DNA of 63,360 nucleotides, filler included, from Octopus bimaculoides (lineage: Eukaryota), in NCBI RefSeq assembly GCF_001194135.2. It is 6 parts of 5 records of this genome, joined end to end, with 100 filler letters (N's around TTAATTAATTAA, not from the genome) between each part and the next. Parts side by side here need not be neighbours in the genome. Positions count along the whole stretch, not along the records: positions 9,951 to 24,797 come from NC_068996.1; 5 more parts are not named here. One strand, given 5' to 3'. The notes beneath the pieces are model-generated. The model ran no database searches. It was not told the DNA's origin and saw only the letters and a list, made by a program, of their open reading frames with translations. How positions within the stretch are numbered: position 1 is the stretch's first letter; each line of letters opens with the position of its first letter. Position numbers and translations under genes: made by a program. Positions 10,179-22,707 of the stretch are shown piece after piece.

Positions 10179-10364
10179 GGGTGATGTTATATGTATATAT
10201 TTATTTATATATTTGTGTGTGTGCATGTGTGTATGTGTGTGTGTGTGTATTTGTGTGTGTGTATTTGTGTGTGTGTGAATTTGGATGAAGCTGGCTGCTG
10301 GTGTAATAACCTCATGCAGGCATTTTGCATGAGCAATGGTCAGTGTGTGGACAGCTATCATCAT

Positions 10365-10398
<34 letters not shown>

Positions 10399-10406
10399 TG
10401 TATGCA

Positions 10407-10449
<43 letters not shown>

Positions 10450-11045
10450 NNNNNNNNNNNNNNNNNNNNNNNNNNNNNNNNNNNNNNNNNNNNNNNNNNN
10501 NNNNNNNNNNNNNNNNNNNNNNNNNNNNNNNNNNNNNNNNNNNNNNNNNNNNNNNNNNNNNNNNNNNNNNNNNNNNNNNNNNNNNNNNNNNNNNNNNNNN
10601 NNNNNNNNNNNNNNNNNNNNNNNNNNNNNNNNNNNNNNNNNNNNNNNNNNNNNNNNNNNNNNNNNNNNNNNNNNNNNNNNNNNNNNNNNNNNNNNNNNNN
10701 NNNNNNNNNNNNNNNNNNNNNNNNNNNNNNNNNNNNNNNNNNNNNNNNNNNNNNNNNNNNNNNNNNNNNNNNNNNNNNNNNNNNNNNNNNNNNNNNNNNN
10801 NNNNNNNNNNNNNNNNNNNNNNNNNNNNNNNNNNNNNNNNNNNNNNNNNNNNNNNNNNNNNNNNNNNNNNNNNNNNNNNNNNNNNNNNNNNNNNNNNNNN
10901 NNNNNNNNNNNNNNNNNNNNNNNNNNNNNNNNNNNNNNNNNNNNNNNNNNNNNNNNNNNNNNNNNNNNNNNNNNNNNNNNNNNNNNNNNNNNNNNNNNNN
11001 NNNNNNNNNNNNNNNNNNNNNNNNNNNNNNNNNNNNNNNNNNNNN

Positions 11046-11093
<48 letters not shown>

Positions 11094-11799
11094 CACACAT
11101 AAACATGTGTGTAAATAGCATTCACATGTACATACAATCCTCAGTCTTCCTTACCTAATCACTTTATCAATTATCATATCTGAAAGAAAAGAGTAATCCA
11201 GCCATTCTCTCATTCGTGGTTATGCAAACAGGTAGATAAGTATGCACCCTATGTAGATAGGTATGTACTTGGACAAATATGTAGGTGGCAGGCAGATAAG
11301 TAGTAGGTAGGCCAGTTAGATGGTTAGTTGATAGGTGGTTGATTGGTCAGTGAGCCAGCCAGTGAGTCAGTGGGTTGTTTGGTGTTTGCTTTGTTTAATA
11401 TTTATTTATGAAGCATATATGACCACTTTGTAAATGTTTCCCAACCGCTTTATAATGTAGTTCTGTCTTCCTTTATAATTCTGATCAGATTCAGGGTGGA
11501 CCCCCCCCCCCCCCCCACCAAAAAAAAATCATATATCTTACATGCAGCCAGCTTATTGCAGCTCATGGGTGAACTTGTCATAACTTGTATCAAATCAGAA
11601 TATATGTGTGTATATATATATATATAAGACATCCTTGCACTGATAATTTGCAAAATAATACACAACTCTCTAAAGCAGAAATATTGATCCAACTCACTTC
11701 AGCATTCTCTTTGTCCACCCTGTTCTGTGTGTGTGTGTGTGTCAGTCATCATCATCACCACCACCACCACCACCACCNNNNNNNNNNTCATCATCACCA

Positions 11800-11807
11800 C
11801 CACCACC

Positions 11808-11839
<32 letters not shown>

Positions 11840-13160
11840 TTAACGTCCACCTTCCATGCTAGCATGGGTGGGATGGTACCACCAGAGCTGGCCAGGTAGA
11901 AACCTGCACCAGACTTCTGTGACTGTGTTGGCAGGATTTTTACAGCTGGATGCCCTTCCTGACACCAACCACTCAGCAGAATGGACTTAGGGCTTTTTAT
12001 GTGGCACAAGTACAGGTGAGGTGAGTAGTGCTTTTTACGTGGCACAAATGAGGTGAGTTTCAGCAAGGTTTTTACAGCTGGAAGCCCTTCCGAACACCAA
12101 CCACTTTACAGTGTGGACTGGGTGCTTTTAAGTGGCACCTGCCCTGACAGGGTCACCAAGTACTTGCAAGACAATAACTTTTAAGAGGGGAAGAGGCATT
12201 GGAGAAGGTGATGATGAAAAGGCTATAGTGAGACTGATATAGGTGTATTGCTGTAGAGGAAGTACAAGGTTACTTGGCTGGGGAGAGAAAGATCAGGAAT
12301 GAAGACAGAAAAAGGTGTGCTACCACAAAGAAAATACATGGTTTCCCAACCTGAGGGAAGTGCAGGAGAAGGAGAGAGAGTGGGAGACAGCAGGATAGAG
12401 ATGGTGGTAAAATGCTGGGCATACTCACAAGGAACAGGGAGGGATCAGAGTGTAAATGAGATGGTTGAGTAAAGGAAGAGAGAGATGTAGATGGTGGCAA
12501 GTGCCAGGGCATACCTTTGAGGTTCGAAATGTCATAATATAAGTGGCAGGATATTGCAAAGGGAGTGTGCTTAAAGAGTGTGAGTAAGTGGTGAAAGACC
12601 TGGGTATATATAGAGTTGGAGGGGCTACCTGATAGCAGTGATACAGAGGAACAGGGGTGTGAGGACAGGATTGGGGAGTGAGAGCTACGCATAGTGAATG
12701 AAGGAGGAAATGCGAGAAAGAGATGTAAATTGGTCTGTTGGGGTAGGATGAGGGAAAAGTTTTCTTATGTGTGGGTGTAACACCCAGGTTGGGAACTAGC
12801 AGATGGCAATAATAGAGTTAGAGAAGGTATGTCGGTAGAATGCACAGGTCGGGGGGCAAGCAGAGAGCAATGATACAGTGGGACAGGGCCAAGATGACAA
12901 GATTGGGGAGTGGGAGGTAAGCATAGTACATGAAGCAGAAATGTGAGGAAGATAAGGGACATAGTTTGGTTTGTTGTGGTAGAGTGTGTGAGAAGTTTTC
13001 TTAAATGTGGATGGGACACACAATGCTTCTAGATGTCGCCAGACATCTCAGCCCATGGTCATTTCCTCCATGAAGTCCAACTTCCTGAGCTCTCTCCTTA
13101 CCACATCATCACATGTATTCCTAGGTCTCCCTCTTTCATGGGTACCATCCACTTTCAGTA
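11800..13160 (-). mobile_element. 5'-truncated RTE-clade LINE: ORF end, long CT-rich 3' UTR, (GAT)n tail
   Basis: Minus 13160->13020 translates as LKVDGTHERGRPRNTCDDVVRRELRKLDFMEEMT (RTE C-terminal GRPRxxW motif). About 830 bp of pyrimidine-rich sequence follows, then the shared terminal segment and (GAT)n. Confidence 0.7.
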
Positions 13161-13164
13161 ATCA

Positions 13165-13630
13165 GCACAATCATAAAGAGCAAAAGACAGCCCATGTCAA
13201 CGAAAAGTTTTTAACACAGGCCTAAGTGCACTCATCAACAACATCAAAACCAGCAGTAAAAATTCTGGAAGACCTAACTGTCGTATATGTGTCAACCTAA
13301 TTAAGGGATCGGAATTCTCCTTCAAACAGGATCAACATTTTACAGTGAAAAACAACTTCAGAAAACCTAACATATGTATGGGATGTCAAGAACAATATAT
13401 TGGTCAAATTAAAAACAGTCTACATCAGAGGATGACGGTACGTAGATCCCAGATTAAAATACAATACAGAAAAATAAGATTAAGGGAGCACATCGATATT
13501 TGCGCCACTAACGAACAACCCAACTTTGGAATTTTTTCCCCTCTATAAATTCAGGGACAATGCAACCTATAATCAGTGCATTAGCAAAGAAGCATATTTT
13601 ATCACAAAATATAAACCTATTTTGAATGCC
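13165..13630 (+). mobile_element. Penelope-like element fragment, GIY-YIG endonuclease region (decayed)
   Basis: Frameshifted translation IIKSKRQP...GRPNCRICVNL...ICMGCQEQYIGQIKNSLHQRM...KEAYFITKYKPILNA shows the Cys-rich motif, YIGQ and terminal P-x-LN typical of PLE endonucleases. Confidence 0.85.
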
Positions 13631-14195
13631 GCCACCACCACCACAGATGAAACTACTATACAAGAATTTAGGACAATTCCAACCACGACTACTACAACCA
13701 CAACAGGTCACTTTTAGGTCATTTGACTATAATCTATTGTGTCACACCACTCTTGAATTTATCTTTTCTTTTCTTTCTACTTCTTCCTCTTCTTTCCCTC
13801 CTCCTCTTCCTACTCCCTAGGCTGCTCCTGCTTAAATCATCAATTCTCTGTACTCATAAACTATCCCTTCAAATTTGCTACTACCTACCTACCAAGAATT
13901 CACAAAGGAAGAGAGAAAGAGAGACACTATCTGAAGACTATGGAAATATTTACAAAACATTTCACTTAATTTTTTTCTCTAATTTAATTGTTTTTCTTAT
14001 TTTACTCTTAGTTGAAAAAGTCTAAATGACAGAAACCGGTACTAAAATGTACTTCATGATAAAATTATTTTAGCATTTTCTACCTTGTCTTTCTTTTCCT
14101 TATACATATCAACTCAATGCATTACCTTTCTATTTTCTACATATATATATCATATGTATGTGTGTATGTATATGTATGTATGTATGTATGTATGC

Positions 14196-14244
<49 letters not shown>

Positions 14245-14248
<4 letters not shown>

Positions 14249-14370
14249 TTCAAAAAAACAACAAAGTGAGGACGTGATATGGATAGTGTTATTGGACGCT
14301 CAGGAAAGGAAAGATAGAATGTATGACGTTTCGGGCGTAGCCCTTCGTCGGAAAGATGGTAAGTTCGGAG
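14245..14370 (-). mobile_element. Penelope-like 3' tail with a variant minimal hammerhead (14320-14356)
   Basis: Minus TCTTT CCGACGA A GGGC-tac-GCCC GAA ACGT C ATACA. U4 is C and helix I is eroded. The element abuts a (TA)n tract. Confidence 0.6.
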
Positions 14371-14554
14371 AATGGAAGAACGGAGAAAGAGGAAAATGGT
14401 ACCGATACCCACAAGAAAAAATAAGATTAAGAAATCGTGGTAGATATCAGGTAAGCACTCAGTGTAAAGGAATAAGGTTAAATTTCCAACAAGTAGATAC
14501 CAGTAAATGTATGTAGAGTACAAATCCCAGGTAAATATTAAGCATCGTAAAATT

Positions 14555-15140
14555 CTTATCTATAATTTTTATTCTTTTAATTATCTTCTGAGATCATCAA
14601 GAATTGTATATATCATTAATTATAACAATTTTTCAATTATTATATTATAATCTTAATTCCTATAAAATGGTATAATATAAAAATAGATAGGTATTTAATT
14701 ATCTTATCCGTTTTGTTTATTCTTTAGTTATCTAGCATAGTCATCAATAATTGTATGTATTATTATTAATTATAATTTTTCAATTATTATATAATAAGGT
14801 TAATTCCTATATAAGAGTTTATTATAATGAATAATTAGATATTTGGTTGTCTTTTCTGTAATCTTTATTTCTTAATTACCTATTGAGATCCTTGATGGCT
14901 GTATATGTTGTTGAATATGATAATTCTTCAGTTATTATAAAATAAGATTAATTCTTATTGAAGTGTTTATTATATTAAATAAATAGATAAGTAATTAATT
15001 ATTATGGCGTATGTAAGTTTCTATTAAGCATTACATCGAATTATTATCTGTAGCTTTTATTCTTTAATTACCTATTAAACATAACATAGAATTCCTATCT
15101 GCAGTTTTTGTTCTTTAGATATCCAGTAATGTCATCAATT
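14555..15140. repeat. Diverged AT-rich tandem repeat, 148-bp unit
   Basis: Unit starts at 14555, 14703 and 14851 (exact 148 spacing) share cttatc...ttattcttt.attatc...atcaa.aattgtat...ttttcaattattata...ttaattcctata. Partial units occur at about 15044 and 15093. Confidence 0.8.
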
Positions 15141-15534
15141 TTAGTAGATAAATATACTCGTTTTCTACATTAGGTTTTTTTTCTTGTGTAGATTTCAATA
15201 TGTAAAAAAATATGGAATTAGTATGGTATTTTTTATATTTTATTCTTATAAAATAAATTAATTATTCAATGACGTCACTCTTGGTTGAATGAATGAATGT
15301 CTAAAACTAATTAAGGTTTAGTGTTTCTTTTTGTTAAAATTTTTTCGGATGTTCAGTTAGAATTTCACCAATTTGGATTACCTTGATAATGTTGTGTTGA
15401 CATAAATTTTCATACATGTTATTATTATTAATTTTAATAATATTATGTATATGTGTGTGTGTGTGTGTGTATGTGTGTAGGAATATATATGTGTATGTAT
15501 ATTTTAATGCATTTTCTTTGTACATACTATTGAT

Positions 15535-15572
<38 letters not shown>

Positions 15573-16060
15573 NNNNNNNNNNNNNNNNNNNNNNNNNNNN
15601 NNNNNNNNNNNNNNNNNNNNNNNNNNNNNNNNNNNNNNNNNNNNNNNNNNNNNNNNNNNNNNNNNNNNNNNNNNNNNNNNNNNNNNNNNNNNNNNNNNNN
15701 NNNNNNNNNNNNNNNNNNNNNNNNNNNNNNNNNNNNNNNNNNNNNNNNNNNNNNNNNNNNNNNNNNNNNNNNNNNNNNNNNNNNNNNNNNNNNNNNNNNN
15801 NNNNNNNNNNNNNNNNNNNNNNNNNNNNNNNNNNNNNNNNNNNNNNNNNNNNNNNNNNNNNNNNNNNNNNNNNNNNNNNNNNNNNNNNNNNNNNNNNNNN
15901 NNNNNNNNNNNNNNNNNNNNNNNNNNNNNNNNNNNNNNNNNNNNNNNNNNNNNNNNNNNNNNNNNNNNNNNNNNNNNNNNNNNNNNNNNNNNNNNNNNNN
16001 NNNNNNNNNNNNNNNNNNNNNNNNNNNNNNNNNNNNNNNNNNNNNNNNNNNNNNNNNNNN

Positions 16061-16530
16061 GATAGTGTTTATCCTACATGTACATTTTTCTATTTGAATT
16101 TTGTGGGGATTATTTACTTCTACTGTTTTTATGATAAAATTGAAAATGAAGGAAAATGAAATCCATTTTTCTCATTTAATGCTCTTTTATTTCTGGAAAG
16201 GCAAAAATGCTGTACAAACAGCAAGGAAGATATGTTCTGTTTATGGAGATAGTGTCATAGCTGAAAGCACTATTTGTAAGTGGTTCACTAGGTTTAGAAC
16301 TGAAAATTTTAACCTGGAAGATCACGAACATTCCTACAGGTCTACAGTCATTGATAACGAACAAATTGAGACTTTACTAAAAAATAATCCATGTTACACA
16401 ATGTGTCACATCACAGAGATTCTCCACATTTCTCATGTGAGTGTTATAAAACACTTGGTTACGTGAATTGCTATGATGTTTGTGTGCCTCATAACGTAGC
16501 TAAAAACTTATGGATAAAGGATTGATTAAT
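16061..16530 (+). pseudogene. Mariner transposase N-terminal (HTH) fragment
   Basis: MKENEIHFSHLMLFYFWKGKNAVQTARKICSVYGDSVIAESTICKWFTRFRTENFNLED..., followed by a decayed WVPH linker (CVPHN). The 5' end is in the gap. Confidence 0.9.
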
Positions 16531-17189
16531 CCATTATCAACAGTTAATATACCCAAGCTGGTGGGTATATGAGCAGGTGGAGAGATAGAATTAGGTCTGG
16601 CAGGCTTAGAGTCACTACAAGGAAAAAGATGTTTTTACTTACTTTTCAGTCTAGTATTAGAGATTATATACTTATATTCTATCATTCTCAACCACTTTAC
16701 TGTCAACAAATGACTACTTTGACCATCTGCAAAATAATTTACTACACTTTCATCTGGCAAGCTATTAACTTTATCTTCATTATTTCTATTCTTTTTATCT
16801 TGTTTTTATGATGCTTCTTCTTATCTTGCCCCTTCATTATCTCCTCTATCTTATTATTTCCTTCTGCTTTCTCTCTCCCTTTTAAACCTTTCTATTTGTA
16901 ATCACCACCAGGCAACTCACATTTGCCAATCTTCTCTTGAAAAGGGAGGATGGATTTACTGTAATAATTTCATCTGGACTTATTGCTGGTTGCAGACCTA
17001 TAACATATTATGCACATATCACCTGTGACTTATGACAGTTACGTTACTCTGAGCCTCTTGAAACAGCTGATGAGCTAAGATATGACCTAATTTTTCTATG
17101 TATATATTTTAATTTTATTTTATAATCTGTACTTTGTGCTCTATGCAAATATATCTCAAACTTAACTGTGTTTATCTCCCTTACTACCC

Positions 17190-17257
<68 letters not shown>

Positions 17258-17989
17258 TTATTGTGCGTTTAACATCCATGCTTGCACAGCTTAGATGAAG
17301 TTTATTTGAAGAAGATTTTCTGCAGCTGGATGCTCTTTCTGTCACCATCTCTCACTTGTTTCCAAGCAAATTAATATTTCCCCATGGCAAACAGAAACTA
17401 TATAAAACCCCATGACATATACATGTATGTCTGTATTCTCACATGTGGCTATGTTGGTGTGAACCTTAACATTTTGTCCTTGAAAAAAAGCAAGGAGCTA
17501 CAAATGGTGATGTTTGTTGATATTCCCTTCTGACAAACTGTTCTGAATCTCTGCACTTTCAAAGATAAATTGTATGAAAAATCCCTTGCTCGAAAAGCAG
17601 GTAAGTGGTTGTGGCAGAAACAACAACTGGTTGTAAAACAATTTCTTAATGATATGTTCATCTAGTTCACACTAAGGAGAAACAAAACCCAATGTAAACC
17701 AAATGAATGAATGAACAAATAAATGCCTGAGCGAACAAATGAATACATATATGATTATACAGTTTAATGTGTCTGATAATTTTTTTGTGATAGTCACTTG
17801 TGATTTGAGTAGCTATTTGTAGCAGGTCAATCAATCACTCAGAATGTCTTGCAAATGCATTGTTTATATGTTCTGCTGCAACTGTTTACCACTGCTACTG
17901 CTATTGGTGTTGGCGTTGTTGCTTATCTCCCAAGTCAACATTAATCTGGCAGAGCTGTTATCAAAGACTTTCCAGCCATGACACTCTCT

Positions 17990-18554
17990 CCTTCAGAGTT
18001 AGTATATCTAACACTATATTATTCAGTTGGCCCATCCTATTCGACCCCTAAAACTGTTGCCTACTTCCCATCTCTCCATCTTTTGCTTCCTCATACATTC
18101 ATGCAAACCCCTACCCACTCATGCTCCTAGTTCCTCTGTCCCAACACACTTCTGCTCATCTTGTATCTTTGAAGAGACACCTGAACTTGCAGCTCCTGCT
18201 GATTGTACCCATTCTTCTAAAGTTGATTAACCATATAAAGCTCCTCTACAAGAACCTGTTTACCTCTCCCTCCTTCTCTTCTTTCATACTTCAACCCTTC
18301 ATCTCTTTGCATAAAGCCCTCCAACACCCAGTTTCCATAGTCCTGCAAGCTGCAATGGTAATCCCCCCTTGTACCAGTGGCATGAAACAAGCACCAGTAC
18401 ATGCTGTAAAGTGGTTGGTATTAACAAGGACATCCTATTGCAGAAACTATGTCAAAGCACTGGAGCATGATGCAATCCTTGGGCCCATCAGACCCTATCA
18501 AATTATTCAACCAAGGTCAGCATGGCACTTGGATGTTAAAGGATGAATAGTTAT

Positions 18555-18588
<34 letters not shown>

Positions 18589-18590
18589 AT
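17990..18590 (+). mobile_element. RTE-type CT-rich 3' UTR copy
   Basis: A pyrimidine-rich stretch followed by tgtaaagtggttggt...ttggatgttaaaggatga and a (CAG)n/(TAG)n tail. Similar to the reverse complement of 11820-12500. Confidence 0.5.
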
Positions 18591-19029
18591 CTGATCCTCT
18601 CTGTTGTTTTTCTATTCTCTGTAAGTGAATCCTGATGTGAACAAATACATTTTAGAACTCAAACATTCAGGACTACATTTTCTAATAAATCCATTTATGT
18701 TGTTGTTGGGAAGATCAACAAACCTATATTCAAAGACATGCCTCTCATGATCATTCTGTCTTTTATTCAGACACAGTATAGCTACATTACCCAAAGTGTA
18801 GGTTCTTTTTAAATATGTGATTAGATGGAAAAATGGGTGCTGTTTCTAGCATGTTGAGTAACCATGCTAAGGCTCTCTGGTTGACTTGTCATTGTTGTTA
18901 TTGTTGTTGCTGTTGCCTTTGTTTTTACTTTTGTTCAACAATAAAGTTTTCTTTTTCAAGTTAGAATTATATTTACCATCAATGTTGACTAAACTAGAAT
19001 TGTAATGTGTGTGTGTGTGTGTGTGCATA

Positions 19030-19143
19030 TACATATCATTATCATCATCATCATCGTTTAACGTCCTCTTTCCATGCTAGCATGGGTTGGACGATTTGAC
19101 TGAGGACTGGTGAACCAGATTGGCTACACCAGGCTCCAATCTG
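19030..19143 (-). mobile_element. RTE-type 3' terminus (short)
   Basis: (CAT)n cgtttaacgtcctctttccatgctagcatgggttggacgatttgactgagg..., near-identical to 20165-20270. Confidence 0.85.
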
Positions 19144-19214
19144 AAAATAATATTTTTATAAACAAACTCGAAAGTTATTGTACAGTTGTATACATATGTA
19201 TATATTTATATATA

Positions 19215-20131
19215 TGTAAGGAACGACCGTGCGAACTCAAAAAGGAGAAATGGTGACGAATGGAAAAACAGAGGACTCCTTTTATTTAAACGCGTCACAC
19301 GGTCGAACACAAAATAATATATCAAAGATGATATACATGATAAGTTATGCTACGATAATATAGATGACCAGTAATGAAAGACCACAACCGTATAAGATGA
19401 ATAACAGAGATATTTATTGTAGTGTTAAAGATGTATGTCTGTGTGAGAGTGTGAATGCGACATATAAGAACATAATCAAAGACAGGCCGTCATACAAAGA
19501 AAAGTATGTATGTGAGTGATACAAGTGCGTGTATGTGAAATATTACAGCAGAGAAAGAGTCAGTAACACGTGAGCAATTATACCACTTCTTTAGTACACT
19601 ATAGGAAAAGTTCTGTATGTGAAAGTGAGGAGGCTGAGTGTGGCAGAGCTAATCACTAGTTGTGATGTCGTGGCATCGATGCCAGGCCGTGATTCTTGTT
19701 ATACAAATGTTCGTCGCTGGCTGAAATCTCTTGTCTGTTTNNNNNNNNNNNNTGGTGGTCATCGTTGGCTGGACGAAGCTGTTGAAGTGGTCGCTGGCTG
19801 ATTGTTGCTGCTGCTGTTGTGTGGTACACGGAACAGTCTCTAAGAGAAACTGGACCGAGACAAATTGTTGGGTATGAGTTGATCTATTTAAGGCGTTAAG
19901 AGGGCTCCAAGACGGTAGCAGAAAAACACTATCACTTGACCTTATTAAGGGCTGTGATTGGTCGGTTTGCGTTCTGGCGGGAACGGTTCGAAGAAGTTGC
20001 CGATTCGAATAATGATCAGTCACGTGATGACAAGGTTAATGTTTTCCGCTACGTTCGCGTTTGTTTATATTTAAATGAGAAAAATGGCGATAGCAGTTTT
20101 GTATCTAATGGTGGTAGGTAGTTTCACTACA
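19215..20131 (-). mobile_element. Solo LTR (~917 bp) inserted in a (TA)n tract
   Basis: TGTAAGGAAC...GTTTCACTACA termini form a TG...CA imperfect inverted repeat with TATATA on both flanks. On the minus strand there is a CCAAT, a TATA-like CCTTAAATAG and an AATAAA near the distal end. No coding sequence. Confidence 0.65.
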
Positions 20132-20140
20132 TATATATAT

Positions 20141-20141
<1 letters not shown>

Positions 20142-20172
<31 letters not shown>

Positions 20173-20455
20173 TATCATCATTTAACGTCCATCTTCCATG
20201 CTAGCATGGGTTGGACGATTTGACTGAGGACTGGCGCACCAGATGGCTACACCACACTCCAATCTGATCTGGTAGAGTTTCTACAGCTGGATGCCCTTCC
20301 TAACACCAACTACTCCGATAGTGTAGCGGGTGGATTTTACGTGCCACCGGCGGTACTGGTAACAGCCACGCTCGAAATCGTGTTTTTTTATGTGCCACCT
20401 GCACAGGAGTCAGTCTAATGTTTTGTTCACATGCCACTGGCACAAGTACCAGTTG
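20142..20455 (-). mobile_element. RTE-type 3' terminus with (GAT)n tail
   Basis: Homologous to 22708-22920 and 11820-12000. Confidence 0.85.
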
Positions 20456-20604
20456 TTTAAGAATTTTCTTTCATTGAATATTTTTAATTAAAGTGTGTGT
20501 ATATATATTATATATATATGTATATAAATACACACACACACACACACACACATATATAGATATATGTATATAACTGTGCAGTAACTTTCAGGTTTGTTTA
20601 TAAA

Positions 20605-20644
<40 letters not shown>

Positions 20645-21622
20645 GATAAGACCATTATTTATAATAATGATCATATAGTGGTCTGCATGGAAAATTCCAC
20701 ATTGGTTAATAATTATTATAGGTATATAATAAAATAAATATAATTATAATTAAAGAGGCACCACCATGATAGAAATAGGAGTCAAAACTGACTATAGAAC
20801 CACGCCATGTATTCATATAGCATGGGTGATAAGATGAATGAACATAGAAATTAGCAACTATTGAGTGGCTAACTCCATATGGATGATTTCTTGCTGGTAA
20901 TAAAATACTTTGCCTTCATCAGTGGAAGTACACCAAAATTAATACATAATTACNNNNNNNNNNNNNNNNNNNNNNNNNNNNNNNNNNNNNNNNNNNNNNN
21001 NNNNNNNNNNNNNNNNNNNNNNNNNNNNNNNNNNNNNNNNNNNNNNNNNNNNNNNNNNNNNNNNNNNNNNNNNNNNNNNNNNNNNNNNNNNNNNNNNNNN
21101 NNNNNNNNNNNNNNNNNNNNNNNNNNNNNNNNNNNNNNNNNNNNNNNNNNNNNNNNNNNNNNNNNNNNNNNNNNNNNNNNNNNNNNNNNNNNNNNNNNNN
21201 NNNNNNNNNNNNNNNNNNNNNNNNNNNNNNNNNNNNNNNNNNNNNNNNNNNNNNNNNNNNNNNNNNNNNNNNNNNNNNNNNNNNNNNNNNNNNNNNNNNN
21301 NNNNNNNNNNNNNNNNNNNNNNNNNNNNNNNNNNNNNNNNNNNNNNNNNNNNNNNNNNNNNNNNNNNNNNNNNNNNNNNNNNNNNNNNNNNNNNNNNNNN
21401 NNNNNNNNNNNNNNNNNNNNNNNNNNNNNNNNNNNNNNNNNNNNNNNNNNNNNNNNNNNNNNNNNNNNNNNNNNNNNNNNNNNNNNNNNNNNNNNNNNNN
21501 NNNNNNNNNNNNNNNNNNNNNNNNNNNNNNNNNNNNNNNNNNNNNNNNNNNNNNNNNNNNNNNNNNNNNNNNNNNNNNNNNNNNNNNNNNNNNNNNNNNN
21601 NNNNNNNNNNNNNNNNNNNNNN

Positions 21623-21670
<48 letters not shown>

Positions 21671-21819
21671 CACAGTATCGACCAGGCCATCAAATGTTGT
21701 TACACACTGCTAGTTACAATGCACTTCCTATTCTGTCTTGATTGCACCATTCTTATCTATCTCAATCTAAATTGCTTGACTAAATTGTTTTCCCATAGCC
21801 ATGGAAGCTTTCTAAGCAG

Positions 21820-22260
21820 CCTTTTCTGATCTCTTGGACACCACTCAGAAACTGCCCAGGCCCATCAGTTGCCTGAACCTGGAAATATGTCCAGCCCAGC
21901 AGAACTTCTGCTTTTGGTATTCTGTGATAACATCATTCACTTCGTTCTGTTCTTGAATTATCTCATTTCGAATGTGGTCCCTTAGTGATATTCCTAACAT
22001 GGACCTTTGTGCCTTAGCCAATTGCTGTTCTTTCCTCTTCATAGTAGTCCACATCTTACTTGCATATAAGAGTACAGATAGGATAGTACTATTGATGAAT
22101 CTGGCATGTATGGTATTATCTGTCTTTGTTTTGAGCTCATCCTTTATTGACTTAAATGCTTTTCATTCTGCCCTTATTCTCTTTGAGATTTCAGCATCCA
22201 TATCTTGGTACATATTCATTGTACTCCTTAAGTAGACATGCTCCTTTATCTTCTCAGTTT
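21820..22260 (-). mobile_element. RTE-clade LINE ORF fragment downstream of the RT core (decayed)
   Basis: DAEISKRIRAE*KAFKSIK...FINSTILSVLLYASKMWTT...RSMLGISLRDHIRNEII...KFCWAGHISR matches RTE LLYASETW and WAGHIAR motifs. Confidence 0.85.
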
Positions 22261-22707
22261 TTAGCATCCACTTTTCCATTCTTGCATGTGTCAAAGTTTA
22301 CTGGGACAATTTTTTTTTATGCTTGGATGCTCTTCCTATCACCAACCTTTACCTATTTCCAAACATAGCAATATTTCCTCGTGTTTTTGGTGATGTGTTT
22401 TTGCAGAATATTAGAAATGAATAGCATTCATTTACAAAAATTTCAAGACAAGGTGACCCAAACAGACTCAGGTGGATGAGACTTACTTCCAGATACCCTT
22501 CCTGATATAATCCTTTTTAGTCACCTTTTATGGCATACTTATTCTTAAAATCAGAATACATGTGGCATGAAAAGCAAACAAGTCTACCCATGGGATACAA
22601 ACCAGCCTATCATATGCCAGTATATTTTATGGCAGTGTAGCATGGACACTGGAAAAGAAATTATCAATCAGGCTAAATGGATGCTACACAAGCATGCAAT
22701 GAATGGT

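Noticed and set aside
12270-13023. Ser/Pro/Leu/His-rich minus ORFs
   Set aside because: Compositional by-product of the CT-rich RTE 3' UTR.
17534-17606. CAG|GTAAGT donor after DKLYEKSLARKA
   Set aside because: Weak acceptor, no recognisable protein and no phase-linked neighbour. Donor hexamers are common by chance.
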